The position numbers were made by a program, and so were the translations under genes. DNA of 64,000 nucleotides from Tubulanus polymorphus (lineage: Eukaryota > Animalia > Nemertea), in assembly GCF_964204645.1 (NCBI RefSeq), contig NC_134026.1, positions 25,206,150 through 25,270,149 on the forward strand, read 5' to 3'. This document shows, piece by piece, positions 38,701-53,300 of the stretch. The notes beneath the pieces were generated by a model. That model was not told the origin of the DNA. It worked only from the letters and a program-made list of their open reading frames with translations, and ran no database searches. The stretch's first letter is position 1; the number at the start of each line of letters is the position of its first letter.

Positions 38701-41700
38701 TTGACATTAAATTAACCCCAATCTTTTATTTCGATCGCTACGAAAATAAGATATTCCTACGTCGTTACCGCACGATGCGATACAGCGTGACTTTTCTGTC
38801 GGTTCCGGGAAACAGTATCCGATGTGCTGAGCATCAAAGATTGTTCTTGGAGTTCATCGCTTCGTAGATACGAACAATAATCCCGAAGATAACCTGGAGC
38901 GTGTTAGTATAAGTGACAATTTGTAATATCCCGTGTCTGTTATCTATATGTAGCAACCTAATATATGATATAATCCAGAGAATAATAGTGATTACAACAG
39001 TTCCGCTGGTTGATGTGAAACTTACACCGAGCCAGTCATTATTTAGTATCGGTTAAGGTTTTGTTAATATAAGCCTTGTATCATTGACAATTCGTGGAAT
39101 AATTATCGGATTGAGATGAATATTTCATCCGTCATACACCTCGATAATGTTATCCTTGTTGGCCTTACGTGTTGCGGGATCGAATGGAATAAAAATCACG
39201 CATTGTTTGAAGGATGGGACTGCGTGTGAATGGAATTCGACTTGAACTACGAGTGCGACTCCCCCTGTGCCTGCTGGAACGTACAGATAGTTCTTCAGTT
39301 CCTTCATGTTGATGGAGTTACCTCGGTGCAAACTACGCGCTAATCGCTAGAGCATGACATCGGACGAGCGAACGTCGTGTTTTCCCGTCTGCTCTACAGT
39401 ACAGCAAAAAGATCTTCGTTTTAGATAAAACAGTTTCAAGAAGGATTATTTGTGTAAAGACGTCTTATTTCGAAAACAGAACAAAAGAGGTTTGCGGTGA
39501 ACGTGTAGCTCTGGTTGCATAGACGATGCGCGTAGATTTCTTATCACGTCAGTGTTTCATTCTTATCTCGTTTCAAAGCAACTGAAGAGACAAAGGGATA
39601 GTATAATAGGTATTAAACTATACTGAAAGGTATTTGTTGCAAGTTAGAGACAAACTGGATCTAGCTGAAGCGACGTGTTCGATTTCATGCTTTGCAGTTG
39701 CTGAAATACTAACAATTAATAACAGAAGAATCCATTTGGCAATGACAATTATGAAAGGTGAGAGAAAATGTAAATATCAAACAGAAAAATGTTTTTGTTT
39801 TTTGCCAGTAGTCGAATACATCAAGCATATTTCCGGACTAATCAATTAGTGCTCATTCACGGGGATTAATTTCATCTCATTAACGATTGAAAATAATTGG
39901 TTGAAAATATTTTTTAAGTGTACGACGTCGCATTTTTGAATAATTCATGCCGCGTTCGGCATTTCAACTGTTGTTTGTCGTTCGTGTTAAGCCATTCGTT
40001 GTGTAAATTTCAAATTACAGCAGTGCAGGAAATTCTGCTCGTACGCTACGACGACGTTTCTCCGAGCATAACATCTCGCGATCACCGGGCCCTCGCGTGA
40101 CGGCTACCAATATCGAATTCCCGTGTTACTCGTCAAATATGATGACTGTATCAACTTTGACAAACACAAACCTTCATCGGCATGGAAACTGATCAAAACC
40201 ACGACGTAGCATAGTTTACATCACTTTAGACATGGCACTCTGCTCCCTTGTACTAGAGAAAGATCAACCCCAATTTGCCATCGGGACGAAAGACTGTTTT
40301 GCCGTCATAACAAAGATGGCTTCCATATACTTATCATTTGGAACAAATATCGTCATCTGTCATTATTGACTGAAATGCGATTATTTTGTTTGATTTGTTG
40401 AGAGGCTTTATATTTGATTTGTGTCAACTTTGCTTCTTATACGAGATGTGAAAGACAGGACTCGCTACCATAATCGAGGAAATCGTAACATACGACGTTG
40501 TCTTCGTTCCACGAGCATCTTAATCCCGTATGAAATTAATTCCCGGAGACATTAATCTAATGAAATAATTTCTTAGAATTTGGCGTAATCTTATCCTGCA
40601 GCGTGGATTATCTATAAAATCTATGTCACGAGCTGATATCTGAATCGGGGTTGAAATTCAACTCTATGCAGCTTAATCTTTTTAAAAAAGTTAATAAGAA
40701 ACTTTAATTTGTTTTCGATAATAGACAGACGATGGTATATACACAAACTTCCCAATTACCTTATATATTAAGAATTGGTGTCACAGCTGGTCCCTAATGT
40801 CATTTCCCTAGGCATTTTGTTTTTTCCACACAGATTCGGAACTACCCCTTTAAGTCTGTCAGATGACAAGATAGACGCTGGAGATTTTTAAAACTAATGA
40901 TAGCAATTCCTGGCATGTTCCGATCTATCTAAGTGGGAAAATTGTTTGCGCTTTCATTTGCAGACCATCGCTATTTCTTTTTTTTACTGACCGTACGACT
41001 GGATAACATTATTGTATCGCCATAGCTCACAGGAAGCGGTCGTATTTCGATCACGGTAAGAATAGCCCGAGGCCCCACGAACACCTTGTGATCGGAAAAA
41101 TCCAAATATGCGTCAATAGCCTTGATGTGATGATAGGATTGCATCCTGTAATGCGATATACCGCTACTGCCGTAAAATACGATGATGCGTCACAGTAAAT
41201 ATTCGGTAGAGAGTCCATTGTTTTAAATAGCCACAACGACACAAACTACGATGAAATTCATCTTTAATTCGATCGATTTATTTCGGGATTAGTCAATCCC
41301 CTTTTTCAAGAATAATATAACGGGAAGTATATACGTGGATTGTTAAGCACGGAAAACAAAAAAAAATGAGAACAATTTTATGGGGTATGAACGACACCAA
41401 AATAAAGTAAACGGGTAGAATGACAAATCTATATTTTTGTTGATCTTGACACTTAACCCCATACTCCCAAGTAAGAAAGAACGGTGCGGTGCCCCCTTGT
41501 TTCTAAAAAGGTAATTGCTGTTTCCTAATCGATGAAGTCAACTCGCCAAAATATGATTGATGATATCTGTTAAATAGCCAACTGGGAGTATCATTCGCGT
41601 GGTTGATTTTTTATTTGAGTAGTCATCGCTATCACACATAGGGCCGCATTGTGAGACACCATATTCCAGATCCAGTGTTCTAAAGGCTTAGACGACCTTG

Positions 41701-44700
41701 ACGATTCTGGGCGTCGTTTAATTAAAACGAGTATAGTAAAGAAGTTTAAATCGTAATTGATCGTATGTGAACATGACGTTTAAGCACCGGTTTTTCTAAA
41801 CCTTACACCGGAATGTAAAGCCTCTTCTACTGTGTTCATTTCGTTCGTATTTTATGACAAAGTAAACTGTACGGCGAAGCAATCAATCACTGCAACCTAG
41901 CTACGGAGGACGCTAACCTTCTTTAAATGCCGTCTAAGCAGCAGAGATTACTGGGCATCTAGTTTCCCACCTTAGTACGTAATATTTACATTGAAGCTGT
42001 AATGCAAATTCGACGTGGAGTAATAGGAAAATCAAAACTCACAGATTACCGTTGTCAAAGGCAGAATCTAGGCAATGTGATTAATGTTCCCCGGCAAATC
42101 CGTGACAACCGTTTCACAAAAATGGGTCTAATATACAGTATTGATGTGTGTTTAGAAATTAGACTGAACAAAAAAAATTCAGTTTCAATCAGGACTTCAT
42201 CATCATTTTATATGCTTTTATGAAACCCATGTTCTTCAAACAAATACAAAACGTATCCTAATATAATCTACATGATAAAGCAGTCGAACCATAAAGCCAT
42301 TCATCAAAATTGACAGGATCTTTATTAAATATAGTTTTATTACGTAGATGTTGGTCTATCTATCGAGTCGGACTATATTATATCTCTTTGGACACCGGTT
42401 ATGTATCATATCATATCAGTATCCAAAGCAAGAAAGATAATAAGACTATTTTATAAACTTACTTCATCTTTACGACTATACGTAGGTAATTTAATTGATA
42501 AGAAGCGTTTTGTCCATAAATAGGACAAAGCAATGTGAGCATTTTGAACGAAAAATCAATGCTCATAGATATAATATGATTGATTCCTTGCCAGGCAATA
42601 CAACACTATATCGATTACTTGGTACATCGGACTACATGTTATTTCAATTAACGCGTTTTACCTGTAGTGTAAAAGGAATATACGGGTAAGAGGAGAAATT
42701 TCGATACGCCGATGGTCTCCGTATTTTCTGCTTCATAGATCGATGACAATAGTATGTGTGACTTCAGAATAGGCTGTTTGTTATTATTGCAGCTAACCGT
42801 CTGGCCTTCCAATCGTGTCTGGCTTCTGGATTCAACACGTGGCCAATTAAACATGTGTGACGTAGTAGACTGATCTGTGCTATCTAGAATATTGGATTCT
42901 GAAACGAAGAGAACGTTTTAAAGTCCATGCTAAAATGAAGGTTTATTTGTTTTTGAAACAGGCATGTCAAAGTCTTTTAGATGATTAAAATGAAACGACA
43001 CATGGAAGGGGAGAGTGGAAGCTGTCACATAAATATTTCTTCTTGATTAGCATGGAGCTAGGAGGCTAGAATGTTAATCGCCAGGCAAGATTTCATTCTC
43101 GTCACAAATTACAACTGATGGGACTTTGATTTCGTAGATACGATGGTGGAGAGTCTATCTGCGCAGATCCCATTTATAATTGAAGTGGTCATCATTGATA
43201 GGGCTGCGTTTGGTTGATTCGTCATGATCGGCTTTTGAATAGCCTGGGGTCAGAGAAAGTGGAGTAGCGGATAATCTATTCCAAGCCTAGTCACTGAACC
43301 TTCAGTAAGCCGGCAGTTGTGTGCACCCACCCTTGTCGTCGATGTACGACGCGCGATTTTCGATTAATTTGTCTACGAACCGGATATTGCAAGATTTTGT
43401 TGCCGATATCAATCAAATGCAGTCGCAATGAACAGATTTGACTTGAAGCAAATGTAAACAATAGTTTTACTACCTATACCGCAAATTTAGACATGTCAGA
43501 AATAAAAGACCTTTTCAGAGTGGTTGTTAATTTGACTTGGTAAGTCGGAAAAATACAAAAAGATGTACATGCTGGTCCAAATATGATGTCAAACAAATTC
43601 ATGCAGCTTAATGCATGAATTTAATCAATCAGAAACCAAAGCAGTTCTATTTACGGAGAAATCTCCCAAACGCGTTTAGAATTCCTGTGAAGAATTGCGC
43701 GTAATCTAATGTACCCTCACTATCTCAGAATTATCGAAAAGATTAAAGATATTGAGCATTAAAGAAAAAAGGTAGATTTGAAGCAATTTACTGATTGATT
43801 GCTCTCTCTTCTTTTTAAATTGTGAATAAAAGATCATGATGTTCATGTAATTTTCCATATGCTGTTGGTATCGGATACATACCATGTATCTGCCAGGGAG
43901 GAACGCGAAACAAACCCTAGTTTTTCACCCCGATATACAAACTTATATCCAACTGACAAAATATTTTCTTAAGATTAATAAAAAATTATGATCTACATGT
44001 GCTCCAGAAGCGAATCGAGTAAGTAACTATATCTCTGTTAGTTAATTCCCATTCTTGTTTCGCGTCCAATGAAATGCATTATTGTAGATATGTGCTCCTT
44101 TGCAATTATTGGTTATGTTGTACATAGTTTTCATCGTCTGATCTGATCAACGCCTTTGTTTTTACTTTGGCGTCTCGGCTTTGCCAATCTAATTATTTGT
44201 TGTCATTACGTCTGTTTGATTCAACCGAGAATGGAGAAGCCTTCGACGAAATAGGTGCTAATTATTGACATCGAGCTTTTCCAGCGAATAAAACAAATAA
44301 AAAACAACACAACTCATCGGCCAAGTGTGCTTGCAATTGGATCGATCAAAACCCCCGAGATTGGATGAACGTCTATTGATGATGAGAAATGTGAGAATTT
44401 GTATTTCGTTAACGATTGACTCATTACGCGTATAACTCGCAGTGTTTTTAGAGAAAAACCTGAACAGCCATATTGCATACCAAAACGATTCCAATATGTA
44501 GTGTAGCGGGAAGTTTCGCCTTTAATTCAACCCAGCGGAGACAAAAGCATTACTATGCAATATTTATCCGACGGATATGGTCGATCTCATGATATCCATC
44601 ACTCTATTAGATGATTCAGTGTGGGCGATTGCTCGAGATGGTTTTCTGGTATTGGACACGCGAGGATGAGATTCGACTGTTCAGTCGTGTGTCCAACTGA

Positions 44701-45004
44701 TCAAATCGATATCTCTAATATTCTTGTTTCCAGATGACCACCAATGATGCAGTCATTGAGAGGCCACGGAGTAAACAAAATCTGCGTCTACTTCGTGCGC
44801 AAGTAAACAATCATGTCGTATCATTAATTAATTTCTAGTCGTGTGTTACAAGACTAGGCAAATCCTGCCGTAATATTTTACTTTTGGCGACACAACTTCT
44901 TTCACTATGATGTAATTAATGAATACTTCTGTTGTTGGTTACGACATGATTTCGTTCATTTATTGCAATACAACACAGGGGTAATATTGATACTTTGATA
45001 GAAG

Positions 45005-45026
45005 TATATATATATATATATATATA
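45005..45026. repeat. Short (TA)n microsatellite
   Basis: About 11 TA units. Confidence 0.85.
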
Positions 45027-48000
45027 TTCATTCATATTCGTAGACACTCGAGTAGGATACACAAGTTGCTTAAATTATATTAATGTTTACTGTCATTAAA
45101 CATCAACGATGAAGACACTGAATACTTCAGTCGGTTAATATATACACATTTTCCGTGCAAAGACTGGTGACCGGGGTCGTTGCCCATAAACAGTTCAGGC
45201 TAGTCAATTTACAAATATACGCTATTTGGTAAGTGGTTTGTGTAAATACTACAGTGCTTAATTTATGCACATGTGTGAATCCAGTCTCAAACACACCTAA
45301 TACGTACTCTTAAATTGTATCGCTAATAATCGAGTCCAGTCTAAATAATTAGCAAGTAGTGAGTATGCATTTCTGAATCATTCCTTACTGGGAAAAAAAA
45401 TTGTGTTATCTTCTAAGACAATGACTGGGTAATTTTCATTATATCCAAACATACATATCTATGTTTTCACGGTGAAATGCCGATAATGGCTTTTATAGAT
45501 GTAATCAGTTTAGTGTTGATGTGGCGATTATGATGTAATTCGTTTTGTAACTAGCGATATGGACTTTTTTCGCAGGTATAATAGATTTATAACGGATGTA
45601 TAACCCGGATGATGAATGATGATGTGCTTATATCAATAAAAATGACCATTTGTCTTAATTAGAGATTTATACGCTCGAGTTTTCGTCCGATGTAGGAAAA
45701 CAAATGGCTGAGAATTCGTACAACGATCAGTCATTTTTGGCTTTTATCATACGCAAGTATATGTAACTGATCGGTCTTATTGATATGTCATGCTTGTAAA
45801 AAGCCATTGCAGTATACCGGTACGTAATATCATGCATTTTTCACACAAAGCTTGCGGGGTTTGCATCCTGAAGTCAAACGCACACGACGGAAACAGGAGA
45901 CAGAAACATGTTCCCGAGCGGGTTTCCCTGTGTCGTGTGCGTTTACGAGAAACGAGAAACACCGTTTCGGGAAACAATATTTCCATGATTAAACATAGGC
46001 GTTTCCGTACTTCTCTGCATCGAGTGCGTTGGGCTTTAGAAATCGTAGTTTACAGCGTTCTTGTGTGTCGCAATATACATATGAGCAAAATATATGAAAG
46101 ATGATGTATTTATGATATGAGTTACCGGAAAAATCTTGATCGCACATCATATTTTTATCGTTTTCATTCCTCATTTACTGATAGTAATGTAACATATGTT
46201 CACGGGTAAATCTTTCTCAGGAGACTGTCCGCATCGTCGCTCCCGCGCGTACTTTCAGTAAAAAATGTCGTGTCCTGTGTTTATTAAAATTTCCGATTGA
46301 AGGCATGGCGTCTAAAGCGTAAAGGGGACAGACAGATCGCATTCCTTTTGATCACGCAGCGTCCCGTATGGGGTGAAGACGAATGAAATGTCAATGGACG
46401 GTTCAATTTGTCTGTATCAATCATACAATATCCGCCAATATCATATTCGCTTACTGCTTCTTTAATACGAATTGCCGTTGACATTTTTATCGCGATATTC
46501 GCATCAATCATCCTAAGTGCTGGTGGTAGGTTTATTTTTCACCGTAGATATATCTCGGTTCTCCAACTTCGTGTTGCGCATCCTTCGTACATCTTGAACT
46601 TTGTACTTCGTGAACTTTCGACGAGAAGTGTCTGTAGTAGGCTGAAAAACAAGCTTTATCAGCACAAATTCAAGTCGGAAAAATATCTCATGGTTATCAT
46701 AACTGTTTGCATTGGCGATACGCGGGTAGTTTGTAAAGAATTTAGAAATTCATTGCAGAGCATTCTATTTCGCCAATCGAAATGTCCGATGAAAATCTAA
46801 TCTCAAGATTTTTTAAGATCGGAAAATCGAATTAGGGCGTTCGGTAAAGACCAAACGCACGCCGGAGGTTTCATTACTTTTATTCAATTCACTTAATGAA
46901 TAAAACTTTTCGACCTTTGATCCTTAACTCAATCGGGCTCTTCCGCAGATTGAATTATCGGTTGAAACTGCTTGTGTCTGAACAACAGTTATATAAACTC
47001 CTCTACTGTTACTGCACTGCATTGGTAAATCGTCTTGCGCGTTTTAATCCGACGGAACTGTCACATAGATGGCTGACGAGTCGGGAATGTTCGATTCGTA
47101 GCTGAAATCGTCCGTGATGTTGATTGTGATCAGAATTAATTTGACCGACAGCAACAAATATTAATCCATTCGCGCTATGCGGGAAAATGGAACGGCGGGC
47201 GTTTAGTGCACCAGTATTGCAGACAGAGGTTCTAATTCATTGATAGTTAATTGTTATGACGTTGAATTGACATGTTGACTAAATAATCGACTTCATATAA
47301 CAGAAACACTAATTGTTGCGTAATACTGAATAAGTTTCAAGATAAAGATATATATTCTTGCCGTGTCTACGTATATCATAGAGTTTTCTTCGGAACTCAA
47401 TTAAGAAAATCACTAATTCTGAAGATAATTCCTACATAAAGCTGGATTTTTTTAAACAATGTTTTTCCTAATGTGCAGCATTTTTCATACCTCTTACCAT
47501 AACAATTGATTTTGAATGTAAAATGCAATTTTGTAACTAGAAGTCAATTTCAAAACCTACAGATGAAGTGCAGGATTTTAATTGACAATTTGCGGAAGAG
47601 ACGCCCGCTGATGCGAACTGTTGACAAAACGAGAACCAACGCTAACAAAAGCAGACGCGCAGGTCTGTTAGACGCGGCCTCGTCTCGCTGTTAGACCCTA
47701 TCATGTGGATAATTGGAATTTAAACGATGGGATACGGCATCCACGCTGTTTCCACTCGAGTCAATCCCTTCCATTCTTATCTTTCCAATTACTCAAATTG
47801 GTAACTTTTTTATCGTTTCACTGCCACAAAAATTGCATGCGTCGAAGTCTCTTCGAGTTTTCACGATGAAGGGACGCTTTTCATTAGAAAACAAAAACTG
47901 AATTGCGGCTTCGTACAACTTATTTACACGAGAAAGCCGTTCGACTTTCGAGACTTCGAATCACGCTAAACCCTATAAAAGATGTGTTATCCTAACCATG

Positions 48001-50225
48001 CAATTATTGAAAGCGGCTTCCGTGTTTCCATTTCCCATAAGCCTAGACATCGGTGCATTCTACCAGATCGCGATGATGAAGTCTCGTTGCAAAGTCCAGG
48101 AAACCCGAAAATTCAATTAGACCTTTTATACAACGTTGCGTTAAAAATCCATACAAACGAAATTATAGGCCTTATTGCGTTACACGAGGATTTAATGTCA
48201 CCAGAGGTTTATTGAATTGTGGACGACGAGTTCTCCAACCAATTTGAGGGGTTGATAAAGAGACAGGATTGGTATCTATCCGTAGTATACTCTATGGTCG
48301 TAGAATATTTGCGGAAATAGAATTGAAATAAGAAACGTGAATCGAGCGGTATATGTTCGGTCGCTTGATGTAGGCTACGTTATAAAAACTGCAACAAATC
48401 AAAACGTATTTGATTCTGTCGTTGATTTATAATGCCGGGGAACGCTAAAAACACAATGCATTCATATTTCTGTTTGACGTGATTGAAATAGTTCCATGAT
48501 TTATAAAACATACTGACTGTTTTTGGAGTCACGCACGAAAATGCTTTTCGACTAAATTGCCTTTCTCGCGACAAGGTCACGGGCGCCAATGTATTGGCGG
48601 AAATTTGATTTCGAATTGACTCCAAAATGCCGAACGAAACTTTTTATTATACGATATATACGCAATGACTGACGTAAATTTGAAGTAACGTTCAATTTAC
48701 TTAAAAAGGTTTAACTGAATTTATTGGATTGCACTATGTATGTCTTAACGACCGGGATATCTGAATCAATGAAGTCAATCGGACACCCAATCGCATTCAT
48801 CACTCAATATCGCTGATATCATTTTAATTAAAAAAATACATCGTAGCCTAGCCATCGTGATTAGATATCTGTAATTCGATAGTTTAAATTGATTTACTTC
48901 GCTCCACGTCGCCTTAGAAATCGCGGAGTTATATCAACCAAATGCAATTATCGTTGCCTCCATACGAGCGCTCTTTCATAATGTGAAATTAGCGTCAACA
49001 AACAGATATCTGAAAGCATTTCGAGATTATAAGTTGTTTTTGCCTATTGGGATGTTAGGATTTGATAGAATTTCATTATCTTAGATAATGAGATACAGAG
49101 AAAACTAATAATGGACGCGTTATAAGCGAGGAAATGGATTGAGAGAACTGAATTTTTTACTGCCCGGACTGGTGAATACTTCGTACGATTGGCACGATAA
49201 TCTTATATCGAGCAACCTTTCGAATAAGCTCGCGTTGAAGGAAAACACAAAATATGATTTTTCTAAGAAACACGTGCATATCCAATCGAAAATTAATGAT
49301 ACGTACGTATAGGGTTTATTTTGAAAGATTAGTTTAGGCGGATAGGAAAAAAGGTAATCTCGGCGTTAAAGCTGTCAGTTCATTACTTTTTTTTTCTCTC
49401 ACGTGTATCCTATTGCCTTTACATAGTGAGTCAATTATTGTTATAAACTGCCTTCACGAAACTTTATTGCGCATGTCATACGAAACCTACGACAAGGAAA
49501 CGTGCTTCCCCTTCTGTGGTAAAATCGAGTGTTGGGATTATTTATATCAAGACCGCCTCCACGTGAGCCGAGATTAATTCGGCGGAATTATGACCAACGT
49601 TTTGCTGAAAAAAATGTTTGCAAGGTGTCCATCTTTTCTTTCGTATGGAAAAAAAGAGTAGCTGGATGACGTACGTTGTTTATAGTTTGATTCAGTCATG
49701 AAGAAAACGCTAAACGGTTAAACACTAAATCTTTCGACGAGAGCCATTTCCTAAAAAGTCAAAACAAATTAATCGTGCCCGATAATTATAGCAAGTTGAA
49801 TCAAGTGCGTGTTGATTAGTTTGAAGCGATGAAGAATTCAATTAGCTGAAATCAATGACGCAGCATGGCCATAAACGTGTCGCTACATCAAAATAAAGAA
49901 CGTCGACTGACACTTCGACTATTGTCTGACTTTTTCGACAAGTGGGCCATAGCTTCCGATGTGAAGGCGTCAAGCTGACAGTTAATTCTTCGTTGATGAG
50001 GAGGCCATTTAATTAAACGCCGAGGCGTTTATCGGTTTTCCCAGTATTTCAATCGGTTTTTCGTCAGAATTTGGACAGTTGTGCGTCGTAGGGCTTAATT
50101 CAAGTCAGCGTAATTACTACTTTCAGGCAAAGAGAAAACAACGATTTTGTGTGTAGAAATGTATATACATGATTTTTGTAATTAAACTGTAAACACAAGT
50201 TGTGTAGTTTGTAAAATTGTAGTTT

Positions 50226-50387
50226 ATACGGCTGGCGTAACTTGTTGATTCGGCGATGCCTTTACGATTCCTGTAAGCATGACCATCGTTGTTTACTATG
50301 AGGGCGACCGCCTCGGTGACGAAGGTCGGGTAACGGTTGCCACCAACCAAGGCATCGCCAGATCACATAGCGCCATTACAGCCGTAT
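50226..50387. other. GC-rich nested inverted repeat (foldback relic or structured RNA)
   Basis: Nested pairings ATACGGCTG/CAGCCGTAT and GGCGATGCCTT/AAGGCATCGCC, with an inner GGCGACCG/CGGTTGCC pairing. Confidence 0.5.
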
Positions 50388-53300
50388 TTATTGAGACGTT
50401 GCCAGTAATAAGGCGACAAACCGCCTGTTTACGACCGCCTTGACGCTCGTATATTGCCCTGAAACATATTTTATACATGCTCTTTTGGACTGGCTCTTTC
50501 GACAGCTCGTCAATACAGCGTCCGCCGGCGCTATACAATGAACGCGGTCGTCGGTCATCAAGTGTCGTCCGTAACAAAATTACACGGTGTATTTTGCCGA
50601 ACGTACGACTTGAAAGGTATTAACGATGCGCCTTCGACTTGTGATGATTACCGTTCGATACAAGTCAGTTATCTACGTATTAATGACCATGCAAGATGAA
50701 CCTTGTGTTATATGGTAATCCAGAGTGCCGCCGTACACAGACCATAAACAATACGCTCGGCTGCACTGCCACTTCGGATCAAGTCATAAACACAAGAATC
50801 ATAGTTTGATGATCAATGTTCCCATTTTCACTAGCATAAATGTTGCGTAGTTAATTCCGTCGCTGTTGCGTAAATAACGACCGACAGCCGAGATTAAATT
50901 TGATGCCATTGGCCCAGTACGCGCAGTAAACAGTCAGGATTAGTCCAGTTCTATTTTTGACGCGATGGAATTTCCGTGAAATGACAGCCACCGTGATAAC
51001 AAAGACACGACTCCTTACCAACTGCCTTAACGTGGGTGTTACTTCAAATGTTCTTAGCCTTTAAAAAACCCTCACAAGACAGGACTGTCAACAGAAAAAA
51101 TAGCGCATTTTGTTAATCGATTTTTTCACTTTTTTCATATACAGGTCCTTGATGTTTGAATAGACCCCATAATCCCATTCTTGCTCAAATGTCAATGTAC
51201 GATAATGATTATATTTCTAATAATAAACCAATATATTTCAATCTTACTTATACTTTATTTCTATATAGAAGCTAGTGCTATACTATAGTGATTGATGAGA
51301 GGCGCTCGAATTTTGATAAATACCTAGAATAAATCTCTGTTTGACTTTCGCCTTTATTTCTTATCTAATAAAACTAGCGATTTTTTTTCATGCATATACA
51401 TATAGTTTCATTAGAGGGCTCATAAATCTAATTTTATATCGGATTACTTTTATTAATGGTTTATTGATCGGTATTCAATCGGTTCAAGAATTGCTCCATG
51501 TTCGACCGAAGTTTTGATTAAAAGTTCTCCGTTTTAGTATGAGCAGGATGCGCCGTGTGAAATATTATCGAGGTAATTGCCTTCGAAAATTGCGGAATTG
51601 CAGATAGGGTATTCCGAGAAGCATCTCTTAACTGAGGTATCTAGTATGTACTACTGACTAGTATGTTTGTCTGTTGAAACCCGTTTTGGTATTTCGTGAT
51701 AAAACTCATATAAACAAAGGGATAACGAATGCCTCAGAATACGTTACATCGTCTTTTATGTCAGACAACTCAAAGAAACGTATTTTCCTAAAGAAAAGGC
51801 CCAATCTTATTACCTTTTACTCAAAGACATCACCATGTATTTCGTGTTATTCGGTTCAGTCGTATTGGAGGCTATTGGTTGATACGGACAGTACGCGTAA
51901 AGGAAAGCTTCTTTTAATGTAAAGACCCACAATAACGATGATAATCCAGATTTCTGGAAATGAGTAATATTGTTACTTCAAAACCTTTAGGGCTAGTGCA
52001 CACAGCAAGACAAAGACCCGAGACCGATTTGTGTTGATGTGTTTTGATGATTCGGTTCTTCCGCCACACAACGTCGCCATTTGATGAGTCATACGACCAT
52101 CGTATACAGTCACCAAAACAAGTGGTTCGTTCGGGTTTCGCATATTTGTTCCTCGAAAATATTTGTTCCCCTATTTGTTTCGGTAAACTGTCTTTCAAGC
52201 TAGACAATCGCAAGGCTTTAGTATACACATTGTAAATAAGCGTTTTCCCATCGACCGATATTATCCTTCGGTAAAAATCGCATTAGCTTCGATAAACAAA
52301 CTGCACTTTCGATGTATGATAAGAGTGATTCGAGAATTTGGGAAATCCATCACTCGGCAAGTGTACATCACACAAACTGTCGCTATTCTCCTAAACAGCT
52401 ATTCTTACCATACAGCAGTATCCCGGAAAAATTATTGAAATTGAAGGTAGACGCCGAAATTTTTACTGTATACGTGTTGGTTATTCGTTTACGATATAGA
52501 AATACTTTGAAATGGCATATTCTTTAAATGTTGCTGGGATGTTTTGCTCTCTTTTCGTCGTCTTCGTTCTTTAATAATTTGATTTAAGTTAAAAGCAGTT
52601 GAATCGTCGATTAAGTCAAAATGAATCATCGTTTTAACTATCAATGGAATATTGAATACTCCTTGAGCGAAACTTTGGTAGATTTATTTTTTCTCGTTGC
52701 AAAGTAGACACCGAGTAATGATAAAAAATGTAAAACGCAGCCCATTAAGAATCCCCAATGACACTGCGAGAAAGACACTTGTGCATTTTACGGTGGTTGT
52801 GATAGGTCTCAGAAACCCTTAAGCGTCGCAGAGAAACAACTTACAGATGCTTTACATCCTCGCAAGGTGTATATGTGTATATAGCTGATAAATTATCCCG
52901 GAAAATATGATTCATTATGGTCACGCTCCCCACGGATCACATTGTCACCGCGAGTTATACGCGACGTGTTAGCATCGCGATAATGATCGAAAGGAATTCA
53001 ATTTAGCTCGTCTCTCGTTTACTCGCTGCGTATGAATATTTTCCCTGTAAACGAAATTCGTCCAGATGATCACCAATTTCTACGTGACAATAGCAAATGG
53101 TGCATCTCGCACCGAATATTCACCGCGCTACGATCCAACTGCCGGTGTGGACTTGAGGCATTTAAGTCGTATCGTTTGTGGTTGAATGAACAGCAACCTG
53201 TGGTTCATTCTAGTGCGTCATTTACCGCCAATATAACATCAGAGATCCGCTATGAATGATCTTCGAATCGACCCAACGCGATGACCTATTCCATAAATAT

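Noticed and set aside
41810-41820. GGAATGTAAAG, similar to part of miR-1
   Set aside because: Only 11 nt match, the 3' half diverges, and no precursor hairpin is evident.
45108-45136. ATGAAGAC-ACTGAA(TAC)TTCAGT hairpin resembling a hammerhead stem II
   Set aside because: Lacks the initial C of CUGANGA and the GAAA box.
50244-50254. GTTGATTCGGC, reminiscent of a 7SK RNA segment
   Set aside because: Too short, and the paired GAUC motifs and terminal features of 7SK are not in the right arrangement.
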